A stretch of 63,278 bases of DNA, counting the filler, from Choristocarpus tenellus KU-1152 (taxonomy: Eukaryota; Protista; Phaeophyceae), in NCBI GenBank assembly GCA_964200185.2. It is 6 parts of 6 records of this genome, joined end to end, with 100 filler letters (N's around TTAATTAATTAA, not from the genome) between each part and the next. Parts side by side here need not be neighbours in the genome. Positions count along the whole stretch, not along the records: positions 1 to 4,812 come from CAXNAD020012964.1; positions 4,913 to 27,233 come from CAXNAD020000291.1; 4 more parts are not named here. One strand, written 5' to 3'. How positions within the stretch are numbered: position 1 is the stretch's first letter; each line of letters begins with the position of its first letter. Of this stretch, positions 1-12,800 are shown one piece after another. A program made the translations under genes and the position numbers. A model generated the notes under the pieces. The model worked only from the letters and a program-made list of their open reading frames with translations. It was not told the origin of the DNA and searched no databases.

Positions 1-1002
1 AACAAAATCACAAAAAAAGGCGGCATGAAAAAATTGGCCCCAGATGGACAGCTGGCGCCCCCCCCTACAGACGTTAGGCCAGCGTCAAGAACGGACGCCG
101 GCACCCCCCCCCTCCAGATACTTTGACCCATTTTAGCAGGAAAAAATGGTTTCCAGATCCTGACTTTACTACCACTGTAATTTGTACAGTCAGTACTTGG
201 TTCCCTTGTTATTCTATGATGGAATATGTAATATTACCCGACTTTCTTAATAGGCTCGTTGTGGAAGCCCCAAGTAGTGTACTTGGTGACAAGACGTGTC
301 TTGTTGTCGTGTCTCCAGGTTTGATACCTCTAGGGGTCACCCTTAACTCTTGTAGGTTGAAAACATATACCTGTACATCAGTGGCCAGTGCTTGTACTCT
401 GTGCATCAGTATCACCACTCCTGTGCCCAAATCATGAACAGATAACATGTCGGTATTACTCCATCCTCTACAAAACGTGCACAAATATTTGATTGCCACT
501 CCCCCCATCTATGAAATGTGTACAGATATTTGTCTGTACCAATCTCCTATCTTCGAAACACTAGAAAAACGGTTCCCTGGTACAAACGAGTACATTGATT
601 TGAATCCCTCCACAATGATTTGAGCTTGTGAGCACAATTTGTACAAGTCACAGTGTGTTGATTTGTTGACATTTCATCATGTTGTCGGAATATTTGTTCC
701 GTGCCACCCTCAGAAATTTGAATGTGTACAAATGTTTGAGGTAAAACAAATGAAAGAGATTAGTCCTATGTATTTTTATGGATTTGCCCCAAAATATTTT
801 ACTCAGATTAATGACAGGAGCAGCCATTAATTTGTTTGATTCTCTGACAGTGAAAACGTTTAATGAATTTTCCCTTTTTACTCAAGTGTTACATGTTGCA
901 TTCTACAGTGAGAATGTGTTTTGGTATGGAGCAATGCGCTGGAAACAACGTATGGGATTTATGAGACACGAATGCATTATGGGTCCTATTGCGTGAAGGT
1001 CT

Positions 1003-1266
1003 GAGTCAAATTATCTTAGAGGGTAGAGCCGCGTCCATTTGAACCCAAAATTCAATGTTCCGATTTTGATGTAATTTTGACTACTATCGTTTTTGTTAGG
1101 GAGCGTCAATATACCTGTTCCGGACAAACCCTTTCATAACGCATACATTTTACCTATTCCGAAACATATCGGAGTAGGAAAATGTAATAAAATACCCGTG
1201 GAAAGCCAAGCCCCAAACGGACAAACAGACCACAATTCGTACCCTAACCCTAAGATACTTTCACTC
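1003..1266 (+). mobile_element. MITE family A (about 260 bp, GAG..CTC ends)
   Basis: TIR GAGTCAAA(G)TATCTTAGAGGGTA / TACCCTCTAAGATACTTTCACTC (this copy is slightly divergent). Internal sequence is shared with five other full copies in the window. Confidence 0.85.
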
Positions 1267-3177
1267 TCTCGGATTTGTTCTGTGATAGTTTCTTGTGGAC
1301 ATGATAATTGATAGTTTGAATTATTCAATAGCTGACCAGTGATAGAACAGCAATATCCCAATGCTATAGAGATAAGTTTTTTTCCAATATCATGCTAGAC
1401 AATGTGATTGAACGGAATTCTGTGCGGTTCGTCACAGTTCACTGAACATCTCCGATGCAAATTCATATTTTCTAAGTTACGATTGTTGGCAGGAATGCAG
1501 AGATGGATGTTTGGAAGTTGTTAATCTGGGATAGTGGTGGAGTCTGGAAGGGAGAGTTCGTCATTGCAGGGCACCTTTGGGGTCATGGCCTACACACACT
1601 TTTGGACACAGAGTATGTAGCCCCTGACCTCCGACTGGGGAATGGTATGTCGCCCACAGAAACAATAGGTCATTTTAAGACACATGGGCTGTGCGGTTTG
1701 TTTTGCCACAAGTCGCCCAGGATTCAGCTGCAGCAGTTGTCAAGCGTTGTGAAAACGATTTCCACCCAAATGGAAGGGTGGATCCATCATTATGTCTAGG
1801 ACCTGAGAAGGTTAGACCAAGATTATGGTTGTGTACTAGCCAGGAAGTTCAGGCTGACCATGTCAAAGTTGAAGATGGAGACCATGTGCCTTTGAACTCC
1901 AAATTTGGGCACAGACATCATGCAGACCTAGGCTTTGGGTCAACACTCTAAGCAGACTTATTAATTTGTTTGGCTTGGAGGCACCATCAGTTAGTGAAGC
2001 TGACACCGCTGCAGAGATCAGTTGGTGGGGGCAAATAGCTAAGGGTTTACAGCAAGTGCAACCAAGTGCTTTGTGACAGGACCATGGGTATAGTATGTCG
2101 CTTGAGGTCAAGATTCAAATGCTCAAGGCTGAAGTACTTGGAGTTCTGTAGTATGGTTGTTTTGCATGGACACTTCGCCAGATCCACAACATTAGGCATT
2201 GCTCCAACTGTCACAAATTCTCCCTTCAATACATTGAATTTCAACAAGGGAAACGCACTGATCACGTAGTGCCCTAAATTGACGTCCTTGCGAGGCTGTG
2301 TGTGAGAATAATAAGTATTGAGGGGACTGTGGGAAATGAGAGATTCCTATTCGAAGGGTCAATGTATGAGTGGAAAATGAACGGCTTTCAAGCTTATTGA
2401 TGTTTGGGGAGCTTGCAGATGGAAGACGGAGGCAAGGAAGAAGTACTGGAGAAAGTGCCCACAAAATTACCTGGAGTAGTTGTCGATCATGGTTCAGGGA
2501 TGGAGCACAATGGCGACCAGCAAATACAGGTGGTACAAGTGAGTTGTTGACAGCACAGTGAGCTTCATGGCACCGTGGCACTCAAAGGAAGATGTGATTG
2601 GTGGTGTTCATCATGGAAAAAGCGGCAGCTAAGGCAGCACAAGCAGATGAGGGCACATGCACACTCAGCACCTCCACTGAAAACTGAATACCTCTTTCTC
2701 ATTGTGTCTCTCTTTGAGGTCGATTGCTCATGAATCTCTCTTTTTATGTTCCCTTCCTTTTGTTTGACTTTGGGAGTTTTTTTTTTGCTTGGATGGACCT
2801 GGTGTGACTTGAGTGCATCACACCTGTGTTCTCTTCATTTATCTCTTAGATATACCGAGTTATTTCTCCTAATATCTTTTCTTCTTTTATTTCATTCCTT
2901 TGGTTTTTCTTTTTCTGTCATAGCTGCATCTCTCAAGCAGCGTGTGTCACCTTCTTCTGAGTACATTTTGACCACAGATTTCGGACCCCTCAGACCAATC
3001 GGTGTGAACAATATGATTATGTTAATCATTATTTTAATAATAATAATAATAATAGTACTAGCTCAAGCTCGAGTGGTTTAAGGGATATGTTCCCTGTACA
3101 TGCGCCCAGCCCAAGATTGGGCTAGTTTCCAGGGATGATTCAGGTGAGCTTCCCCTCACCGCCATCAGGAGGCAAGG

Positions 3178-4720
3178 ATGAGCAATGACAATTCTGTCTT
3201 TAGTGGGTCCAGATCGTTCATGGCATTTCCCGCTTTTATTACTGGTGGGTGGTCTACTATGATGGCTGCAACATTCATGAGGCTGAAGGAACCTGAAATT
3301 GAGGTTTCAGTGCTATATAGCTCAGGGGCCAACAGATATATGACCCAATGCATAGATGACCTTGCCAACACCTGGCCCATTGACCGCTCCTTTACGCATG
3401 GAAATGAGGGGAAGATTACTTTGGACTTTAGGAACCATGGTGTTACAGTTGTGGTGTCAGAATGACACCTTGATGCCATTGGATTGCTCTGTAGGTTTCA
3501 CAGCATGGGTGCATTGATGCAGACTGGTAGAGAATTGGGCGATCAGGTATGGAAGGAGCTGTACTAGGCTTCAGTTGAGACCTTCCCAGACTGTCATTAA
3601 GAAAGAAGCAATGGTTTTTGGAACTAGCGAGACTGACAGAAGTTGGGCTTGCAGCGTATGGAGGGCTTGCAAACAGGCGTCAAAGCTGAAAAACCTAAAA
3701 GATTGACATGACATCTTGCATGCAAACCTGTCAATGGTTGATCAAGCATTTGAAGAAGAGAGGGCTGCCCATGATCAAACATGTGACAGTGCCTTCTGTC
3801 ATGTGATGTTCAGTATGTAAAGAATGTGAAATAAAGGCTTCAACCTGTGCTCAAGGTGGACAGACATTCGAGATCCTCAACATTTTAATTCATGTTGGCA
3901 TGGAATGACCCTTTCATCCCGGTGTCAATGGATTGAAGTACTTCCAGATCTTCACAGACAAGGCAAGTCATGAAAAAGTGTGTGGCAGCTCTCTTTACCT
4001 GCAATGCAGCAACAAAGGCAAAGTCTGTGACATCAATGATTTGGTGAGGGAAAGTATTCCACTCAAGTCCATCAGTGGGGGTGGTAGTGGGGAATTGGGT
4101 AGAAGTCCATATAGTTAATGTATGCTGACCCCAAGGCGTATGTAGTGGAAGTAACCAAGGAAGCCTCAGACTAGCGTGATTTCTGAGAGGGCAATCAGGC
4201 AAATCACTGAGGCTGCCTGGAGTCAGCTACTTAAGCCAAGAAAGGTGAAATTTGATCCTTTGCTGTATCCAATGCTACTTACTAGTTGAGTAGCATGCTT
4301 CATGAATGCCTGGGCAGGAGCACACATTAAAGTGCCTTATAGATGGGAAACCCCTTAACTGCAACCATCCTTTGTAAATGGGGATGTGAGTGCTACATAC
4401 ATGAGTACAAACAGCAATGCGGAGCCTGAGGAAAATTCAACACTTTACGCCAATAGAGGTATCCTTGTGATCCATGATGGGACTAACCTGTGCTTGCAAG
4501 TGTGGCCTCCCAACGATGGAAAACTGGTCACCATATTGCAAGCCGCCTTCAGGTGGGAGCCCCATCCTCTGAAGATTGTGTGGGAGGCTTATACCCTGTT
4601 TGATGACAGTAAGGAAGCCATGTTTTTCTACTTTCAACATCAACACCCTGTGCAATCTCAGCAAGCAGAATGGGGGGAGACTGAGGGAGCCTATGAACCT
4701 GAAGGAGGTGCTGAATAGGT
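3178..4720 (+). mobile_element. Decayed Ty1/Copia pol remnant (protease and integrase)
   Basis: Fragments VLYSSGANRYMT (protease DSGA..HM-like), KYFQIFTDKAS and SGGGSGEL (integrase core-like), LYANRGILV. Many stops and frameshifts. Confidence 0.6.
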
Positions 4721-4812
4721 GAAAGAAATGCAACCTCCAAGAAATTCTACTCCCATGCACACCAGATCACCCCATGTGAGGAGGTCACCCTGTCTTACAC
4801 AACATAAATGAG

Positions 4813-4912
4813 NNNNNNNNNNNNNNNNNNNNNNNNNNNNNNNNNNNNNNNNNNNNTTAATTAATTAANNNNNNNNNNNNNNNNNNNNNNNNNNNNNNNN
4901 NNNNNNNNNNNN
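4813..4912. other. Artificial contig linker N44-TTAATTAATTAA-N44; also at 27234-27333, 40269-40368, 42900-42999 and 48841-48940
   Basis: The same 100-nt spacer, with stops in all six frames, occurs five times. Genes and MITEs are truncated at it. Confidence 0.97.
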
Positions 4913-4938
4913 CTCTACCCTCTAAGATACTTTGGCTC

Positions 4939-6655
4939 ATTGCAGTCTCCTATTTTTTTCCACCTGTGACGGTATCTCCTCCAGCCCTTGTCAGGGTGAG
5001 TGCATCAGTTCCCGCCTCCCCCTCGGCTAGAACTAGTCCTGACACAATCCTCTCTGTTATGTCTAGTACTTCAGGTAGATGTCTTCAATGCATGTCAGGA
5101 ATTGTCAAGAAGCTTCTTCGATTAGCTTTCAAAGTACACATTCCATAGTTCTTCTCACTTGTTTTTCCAAACTCCAATTCCAGTCCTTCAGAAGAATGCG
5201 TTGATTGCAAAAATGTTTGCCGATCTCAATAAAATTCTCCCCCAGATTCTTTCCTCGCTTGTAGCATTGAAGATTCACCATTCTCCCTGACATCACCACT
5301 CCCCGTTTCCTTACATTTCTTCCTCTTGCTTCGAGGAGTTCGTCTAGACGATTCTTGACTCAATTTTCCCATAGCTCCAGCGCATTTGGGACAACAGTAA
5401 GCCTTGTATCCTTTTGCTCCACAAACATAGCAAGAACCTGTATAGGGTCCAGAATGAGACGAAACAGCACTGGGACAGGAGGATTGCAAATGTGGTCCTC
5501 CACACAGTCAGCACTCCACGAGTCTTGACTGCCGATCCTTCTGAAAACCAGTAGTTCCACTTCTTGAACGGGTTCCTCCCACCGTCAATGCACCGCCATT
5601 ACTTCCCATCTGTTGTTCAAGTTGACGTTTACGAAGTTGATAAGTCTCACAAAATCGTCTTTGCAGATCCAGTCCCGCTTCTCGTCCACTCGCTGTGACC
5701 TGTTGATCTCAATAAAGTATTTGGCAGTCAAGCAATTATGCATGGCACCTAATTGCTCCTCATCACTTGGTTCAAGCCCGGAGTATCTTAGAGGGTAGAG
5801 CCTCGTCGATTTGGGGGCCAAAATCCAATGCTGCGGTTTTGATGCAATTTTGGCTGTCGTGTTTATTAGAAAGTGTCAATATCCATGTTCTGGGCACACC
5901 TTTTCATACGTATACACGTTCCTCACTCCGAAATATTTTGGAGTACGAAAATGTCATAAGAGAACGCATGGGAAACCAAGCCCCCAAATGGACAAACAGG
6001 GCAAAACTCGTACCCTCTAAGATACTTTCACTCTTCATCTTCTAGGGCTCTCATTTTCTTCACAATCCGGTCCAGCTCCATGATGACGGTGGACGGATCC
6101 TCTCCTGCAGGTAATTGTAACAAATTAAACTTTGATCTCATGGTGGTCCTTTCAGTGATACCTCTTTTCCTAAAGTGGTTCCTTAAAGCTTGGAAACCTG
6201 TGGAAGGACTGTCGTGGTTGCTCACAACTTGTTCCGTGAACCCATCCAAAGCCATCACCAGAGCAGCCATCACCATACTTGCTTATTTGATTTCTTGTTC
6301 GGACCATCTGGAATCCGTCGAAGAAATCACTGCTGACTCTGATGTGACCATCAGATAACAAAGTATCCTCCTAGCCGCCCATTGCAGCACACGAAAGGAA
6401 TTTTCGCTCAAACATTGCAAATCCTTCACCATCACCATTGCCACTACACACCTTGGATTTTGACGGCAGTGGTAAAAGTCGTCGCAATCTCCGCCCGGTT
6501 GGTATCTCCTGTTGCGCGGTTCTACTATCCGCCTCTCCATCTTCATCCTCAGACTCGACCACCTCTCCACCTTCTTCAACTGGTGTTGCAGGCGTCCTGT
6601 CTCCATACTCCTCTCTTCTTGAAGTATGTCTTCTGTAATCGACGGCCTCCTCCAT
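4939..6655 (-). mobile_element. Decayed Copia-type gag, interrupted by a MITE
   Basis: FAMFERKFLSCAAM and RSKFNLLQLPAGEDPSTVIMELDRIVKKMRAL (UBN2/gag-like), plus a degenerate zinc knuckle CYVCGAKGYKAYCC. The frame is restored (EDEPSDEE) by removing MITE 5775-6033 and one TTCA. Confidence 0.7.
5775..6033 (+). mobile_element. MITE family A, TSD TTCA, nested in Copia gag
   Basis: TIRs plus flanking TTCA on both sides. Confidence 0.9.
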
Positions 6656-8710
6656 CGGGACTCCCCCTCAAATCGATTTAAGGCTAGCCTTGAGAACTTA
6701 GTTCAATTCAATAAGTAATGCTAACTAGCATGTTGAAGAAATTTATTTTCCCAAGACTTGAGTATGTAAATAATACAATTAATTCCTTATTGTGCAGAAC
6801 AGGTTGTACATGAAGTAAGAAAGGTGAAAGGAAGGAGTGAACCTCAAAGCTCAAAGGGTGGGGTCCTTGTCACCTTACCATTCACATTCTAGTATCACTT
6901 CTGCCTCCTAATCACTCAGTAATTTAGTCTTCGTTCACCTCTTGCTACTTTTTCTTTTTCCTTCCTCACCTCTCCCTCCCCTGTACCACATTCCTATCAG
7001 AATTCTTCCGCACACAAAACTCAGACTACTTCATAAACTTTCCCATTTTCTGAAGATGCATATTTTACATTTGAGATTAGAAATGTTTCATTTCAAAGAT
7101 CATCATGATATTGGTTTGCCTTTTTCCTGACACATACATACATCTAGAAAGTACATAATAAAATTATAAAAATCCGATGTAACTACCATTATTTTAAAGT
7201 GGAACATCATAATCGAAACATATGACAACGTTCAACTCGTAGAATGAATCTGAATATCAACCAAGTTGCATCCATATTGACTCCCACCAATAAGAATACA
7301 TCAATAATGAAATAAGGAATTAGAACAAAATGGTTTACCTCTCCACGATTTGGACTTTTTATCGGTTCTTCTCACAGGTAAATAGTTTTCATTGGTTTTT
7401 CCCCTGACATCTTCAAAATGAGATAGGAATAATATTAAAATTTGTGGTGTGGAGGTTTCCAATTGTTTGTTGATTAAAACCCTCTACACTCCTACAAAGG
7501 TATCATACGATGTATCTACTATCAGCACTTATTTTTAACTGGACCGAAACACTGATTGGGCGATATGAGAACTCCTTGACTTCCTCCCTCCCCCCCCCCT
7601 ACTCTCATCCTTTTTTTTGTTTCTCCCTTCTCCTACTTCCCTATTTCTTATTCTGAACACTTCGAAACAGAACCGAATTGATCTGATATATTTATGAGAT
7701 TCCAGTATACAACCATTTTTACTGTTGTGTTACAGTAACCCTAACTCTAACGCTAAATGTATGTATAAAGAAATGGAATATATGTATATTATTGTGGACA
7801 AGTATAGGGATCTGTTTAAACATCAGATGAAGTGGGTGTTTTCCTTTTCGTTTCTAGTTCTGCTTTTTTTGGACTTAAAAACACACAGCACCACTGTACG
7901 AATTGTTGTATGTTCGTATTATTTATATTATTATGCCCTCTGACATTTTTAGATGTGTCAGGGGGAAAACCAATGAAAACTATACGTATGTCATTGCTAG
8001 CCCTACTTATTATTCGTTCTATTCGTTTTATTGTAGAGGTAGTGATAAGGTTTGTCCTCTTAGAAACCAAGTCTATACTACTAGTAATAAAGGAACAACA
8101 AACTACGAAGTATATATATAGAGAGTTAGAAATAAGTCTGAATATATCATAACGCCCTACTTCTCTATCTAACAGTAATCTACTCATTCATCAACAGGTC
8201 AACGCTCTAAAATGATTTGAAAGATAAATATTGAATAAACTCTATATCTATTGTACAGAGAGGAAGGATGTCAAGATTGGAGATACCATTATATATTAAT
8301 GACCCCAAACTCAAATGATCAAACCCATACCCACCTTTGTCATAGAATGTAAGAAAATAACTAGGAAATACTTTCCAAGAGTCGCAGGGATTCTTCCGCT
8401 CTTACTGTAATAGAGTAATATGGAACAACAGTCACTCACTTAAGTGATCCAATCCCAAAATGTCGTATTGCGGGATATCATATAATATCTAGAATCTGTT
8501 CTTATAGTGTTTTCTAATAAATGAATATTAACAATACATCCAAATAACAACAACGATGATCCGAATATTTCAAAGATTCTGCGCAACAGAATAATGTCCG
8601 TGGCAGGCTGTTTTTATGGGGACGATTTTCTCTACCCATGTATACCCCATCCTCTCACAACTTCTCACCAAGGTCACAGGGGAATATCAACACTTGTCTC
8701 TAACAACACA

Positions 8711-10143
8711 ATGGTCAAGGAAAGCATCATCCAGATCGGCTGCGGTGTTGTGGGTGGTGCCTATGCCAAGGCGTATCTGCACCACGGCTTCAAGGTCACT
8801 GGCTTCGATGTTGTGCCACAGATCATCGAGAAGATGAATGAGGCCGGTATCACCTGCTACCATCCTGATGACTGCCCTTCGGACCTCAACGCCGAAATCG
8901 TCCTTCTTTCTGTGCCAACCCCTCTCATCAAGGAGACCCAGCGCCTGGATATGAAGTACGTCTGGTCGACTGTTGACATGTGTGTGAAGCTCATCGAGCA
9001 GTCCAGTGGTCAGCCTCCCATCATTGTTCTCCGTTCCACGTGAGTAACACCGAATTACCTGTTGGGTAAGACCCCTTCGAATCTCTCTTGATATCTAGGG
9101 TCTAGTCCTATTTATACGAAAGTGTTGCGCATCTTTCCTGGTGCTGAAGACCTCTCGTTGCTCTTCTAATTTTTCTGGTCTACACAACACTTGATACTAC
9201 ACCTGGACCTTCCAGGCCTCCTATTACTCCCCCTTCATCTACATTCCCACACCTTGTCTCTCTGTAGGTCAAAGTGACCTTTTTTAAAATCAATGTTTAT
9301 GTTTAGGGGGTGATAGTGCCGAGTTTCTCCCCTTTCTCACTTTCTTCTGCCACTCTTCTGTTTCGATGCAAATTCTTTTCTAGCGTTCCTCCTGGCCTCA
9401 CCAAGGAGTACGAGGCTGTCTTGAAGGAGAAGACCACTAAGCCCTTCCACGTGGCCTTCCAGCCTGAGTTCCTCCGTGCTGTGTCTTGTGAGGAAGATGC
9501 ACGCGCTCCATGGCAAGTCGTGTTCGGATATACGGCTGGAGAGGAAGATGTCAAGGCGCGAATGTCCGATGCTTTCCTTGAGTTCGTTGGACGTGACGAG
9601 ACAAAACTGACTGTGTTGTCTATCGCGGAGGCGGAGTTCATGAAGCTTGTTCACAAGTAAGCATTTTCCCTTAAATTGGTTCCCTGTCCTACCTGTCGAA
9701 AGTATTCAAAAGGGTGTATTCGAAAGTTGAATTCGAGATGTCATCTAGTTGCAACCTGCTGAGCACAAATTCTTCTTATACACTCTCCTCGCAGTTATTC
9801 CAACGGACTCAAGATCTCATTTGCCAACTGTATCTATGGCCTTGCTCACGAGCTGGATCCATCCATCGATGCGCAGAAGGTGCTCTACCTCGTCTCTTCA
9901 ACCGCTGAGTGCTTCCTCAGCCGTAAGTACGGGTTGCGTGTAGGTGCACCCTATGGAGGTGTATGTCTGCCCAAGGATGTCCCTGAGCTCACTAGCCTTG
10001 CCCCTGAGGGATCTGTGTTCCGTGAGTTCCTTTCGGGCACAGGCAAGATCAATGAGTGGATTGCTAGTGACGAGGCGCAGGCTATGCGGGTGGAGCTGGA
10101 TGAGAGCCCCAACTGGGTGTCCCCAGATGCTCTCAACACCTGA
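8711..10143 (+). CDS. GMD: GDP-mannose 6-dehydrogenase (UDP-glucose/GDP-mannose dehydrogenase family), short brown-algal type, 316 aa, 3 exons
   Basis: Exons 8711-9039, 9384-9656 and 9795-10143 with GT..AG introns give 951 nt in frame. Motifs: Rossmann GCGVVG, SVPTP, RSTVPPG, QPEFLR, AEFMKLVHN and the catalytic-Cys motif GAPYGGVCLPKD. No C-terminal domain. Substrate (GDP-Man rather than UDP-Glc) is inferred from the short architecture. Confidence 0.88.
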
Positions 10144-12627
10144 GTGCTACGTTAGTGTTTGGTCTCCTGAAGGACTGGTAGCGTTTGTTGGTGTTATGTA
10201 CATGCTTTTTGTCATCTATTCGTGTTCTGTGTATCCCAACTTCGTAAACCTTTTGTGTAGTTTTGTGTGGATTTGAGGCGTGTGTGCGATTTAGCATGTT
10301 TGGATTATCCTGCGAGTGAAGTGCCGTGTGAACGTTCAAAATTGCTTGTGATATTGAACTTGATTGCAGTAATGCAGGTGTTATTTCGAGGTTCTCTTGG
10401 AAAGGAGACACCCCCAGTCAAGTGGTAGGTTGTTACCCTCTCATGTTCAATAATGCGGAACATTGCTCGACTCGTTGTGCTAGTAGTGTGTACAGGGTCT
10501 TTTTGGAGTTCTGTCGATAATTTTCAAATAATAGAGAGATCAACGCTCTTTAAATCAACTGAGAACTTCAAAGGCATAAATAAGGGTGAATAGTAAAAGG
10601 TGGGGAAAAATTACATAAAATACAAAATGGCGAAAACCTGGGTACATACCCTCCCTCTCGTTTACGACGGTTTTTAAGAAATACAAACGGCAGAACGTCG
10701 CTGGTCAGAAGTGGACATGATAATTATTACATTGCCTTGATGAACAACACAACAAACACCAAAAAATGAGTTAAATATATATTTCGTAGATTTCGATGTA
10801 ATTTTATATATTTTCATTATTATGCCCTCTGATATTTTGAGGATGGGTCCTGGGGAAAACTAATGGATACCATTTACACCAATTACTACTATCAGTGAAA
10901 ACTATTCACATGTACGTCAGAAAAAAATCCCCAAAAACTAACAGTTCTCATAAATGTGAGAAACATTAATCTAATTACTATTTTACTACCAGTTCCGGTG
11001 TACCATTTTCTTCTTGTTGTGCCTCCAACCTAGCTTAATCCCGCACCCCAGGGTGTGTGTGTAGCTAGCTCATCCAGGAAACTTTCGGCTTGCTTATCGA
11101 GGAGTCCAAAAGTTTCCACTGTGAAAGTGTGGAGGTTATAACTACGAGGATAAACGAGCGCACGTAGTGGGTACGCTTTCGCGCCTCAGCTGCAGCAGTG
11201 GCTACACCATGCATTGCAGGTGGATGAGTGTGGCAGGTCAGATGGTGGCTGTACTTATCAAACGTAACATATTATCCTTGTTATTCTTATTATACTATAT
11301 AATTACAGTATTTTATTTGAATATAATAATAATACATCTACAATTTTTCTAACATAAGTTCAGTATAAAATATAATATAAAGTAAATCCATTTGTTATTT
11401 ATTTAAAAGCAACACGTCTTCAATTCCAAAACAAATTCGATTATTAAAATTCAAATTAATAAACTAGTATTTTTATTTCATAAAACTATCGTGTGGATTG
11501 GAAGATAATAAGATTAAAACAGATCTATACCTACAATTAGAACGACTGGAAATCTTCATCTCAATAATATTGGTGGATCCATGAATATAAATGTATTATT
11601 TGTCGTGAACCACCATACTCCAAATAGTGGTGGGGGGTGTTAAAAGTCACCAGTTGAGTCAGAGGAGGGCTACTTCACCAAACCCAAACGTTTCATAACC
11701 ATAAAATCTTGGGATGAACCTGAGTTGATTCTCGGATCGTTCTGACTGTCAACCTCACTCAAGTGAACTGGATATTCTTAGGAGATCTCTCTAATTGATG
11801 TTGATGCAAACGTAGCCATGACAAAGAAATCTGCGTGCAATACATTGTGTGTGTGCACGCGGAAATGGGTTAGATTGAGATCACCTCTAAACAGGTCTGG
11901 TCGGTCACTTATTGCTACATATATTATTTTTGTGGTTATCATGTGTATTGTATGTATGTTGATACTACAATATATTATTGTAATATAGTCCAAAATATAT
12001 ATTATAATAAGTTGCATTATTTCTAGAACAAATACAATAATAGGAAATATGATCATATATATGGAACAATATGTCACGGACATGTCCAGTTTCGTGCGCG
12101 TACGTAAGTAGTGTATTGTGTGATTGGTTTATTTATGTGTGATTCATGAAGCCATCGTCCAAGTAACTGTCTGTACGCAATAAGCGACGGATGTACGTGT
12201 GGTGACAAGATCCATCACACCGAAGCTAAGAGATGAAGATAAAACATAATGTATCACTACGTAGTACAATATTGTTTTTCTCCCAATAATCAATAATCGT
12301 ATACTGCGCTATTATACCACCAATAAATAATAGTAATGCATTCTCAACAAAAAAACTACATGTATATAGTACGATTGTTGAACAATTTTCGATCATCAGC
12401 AAAAATATGTGTAGGTAATAACGGGTATTTAGTAAGAAAACGACAGCAGCGCGTATTTCTAGTCGCATGGGTGTTCACTAGAAGAGTGGCAGACAGATAA
12501 CCATTTTCAAGCAAAAATTTGTTGAGAAATTCTCTAGTAATATAGTACTAGAAATACTCTCCAGGAAGCTTGGTTGGTATTAAGATCGTGTGTTCGCTGC
12601 TACAAGTAAAAAATGATAGCGTTAATA

Positions 12628-12800
12628 ATTTGTATATTATTATGCCCTCTGACATTTTGCAAATGAGATGTGTCAGGGAAGTTGATAATAGGAATAACAA
12701 TAGTGTATTTCTTTAGGGCTTATACTGACATATGTATAGTTTTCATTTGTTTCCCCCTGACACATCTGCAAAATGTCAGAGGGCATAATAATATACAAAT
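12628..12800. mobile_element. MITE family C with a 34-bp perfect TIR; solo ends at about 7385-7440, 7925-7985, 10815-10870 and 45385-45445
   Basis: ATTTGTATATTATTATGCCCTCTGACATTTTGCA and its exact reverse complement, extended by AGATGTGTCAGGG / CCCTGACACATCT. Confidence 0.8.

Noticed and set aside
140-2950. Short Cys-rich ORF fragments
   Set aside because: No coherent splice model or recognisable motif. Probably decayed transposon sequence, but it cannot be assigned.
4857-4868. Recurrent TTAATTAATTAA motif within N runs
   Set aside because: Synthetic six-frame-stop linker, not biological. Linkage across these joins cannot be trusted.
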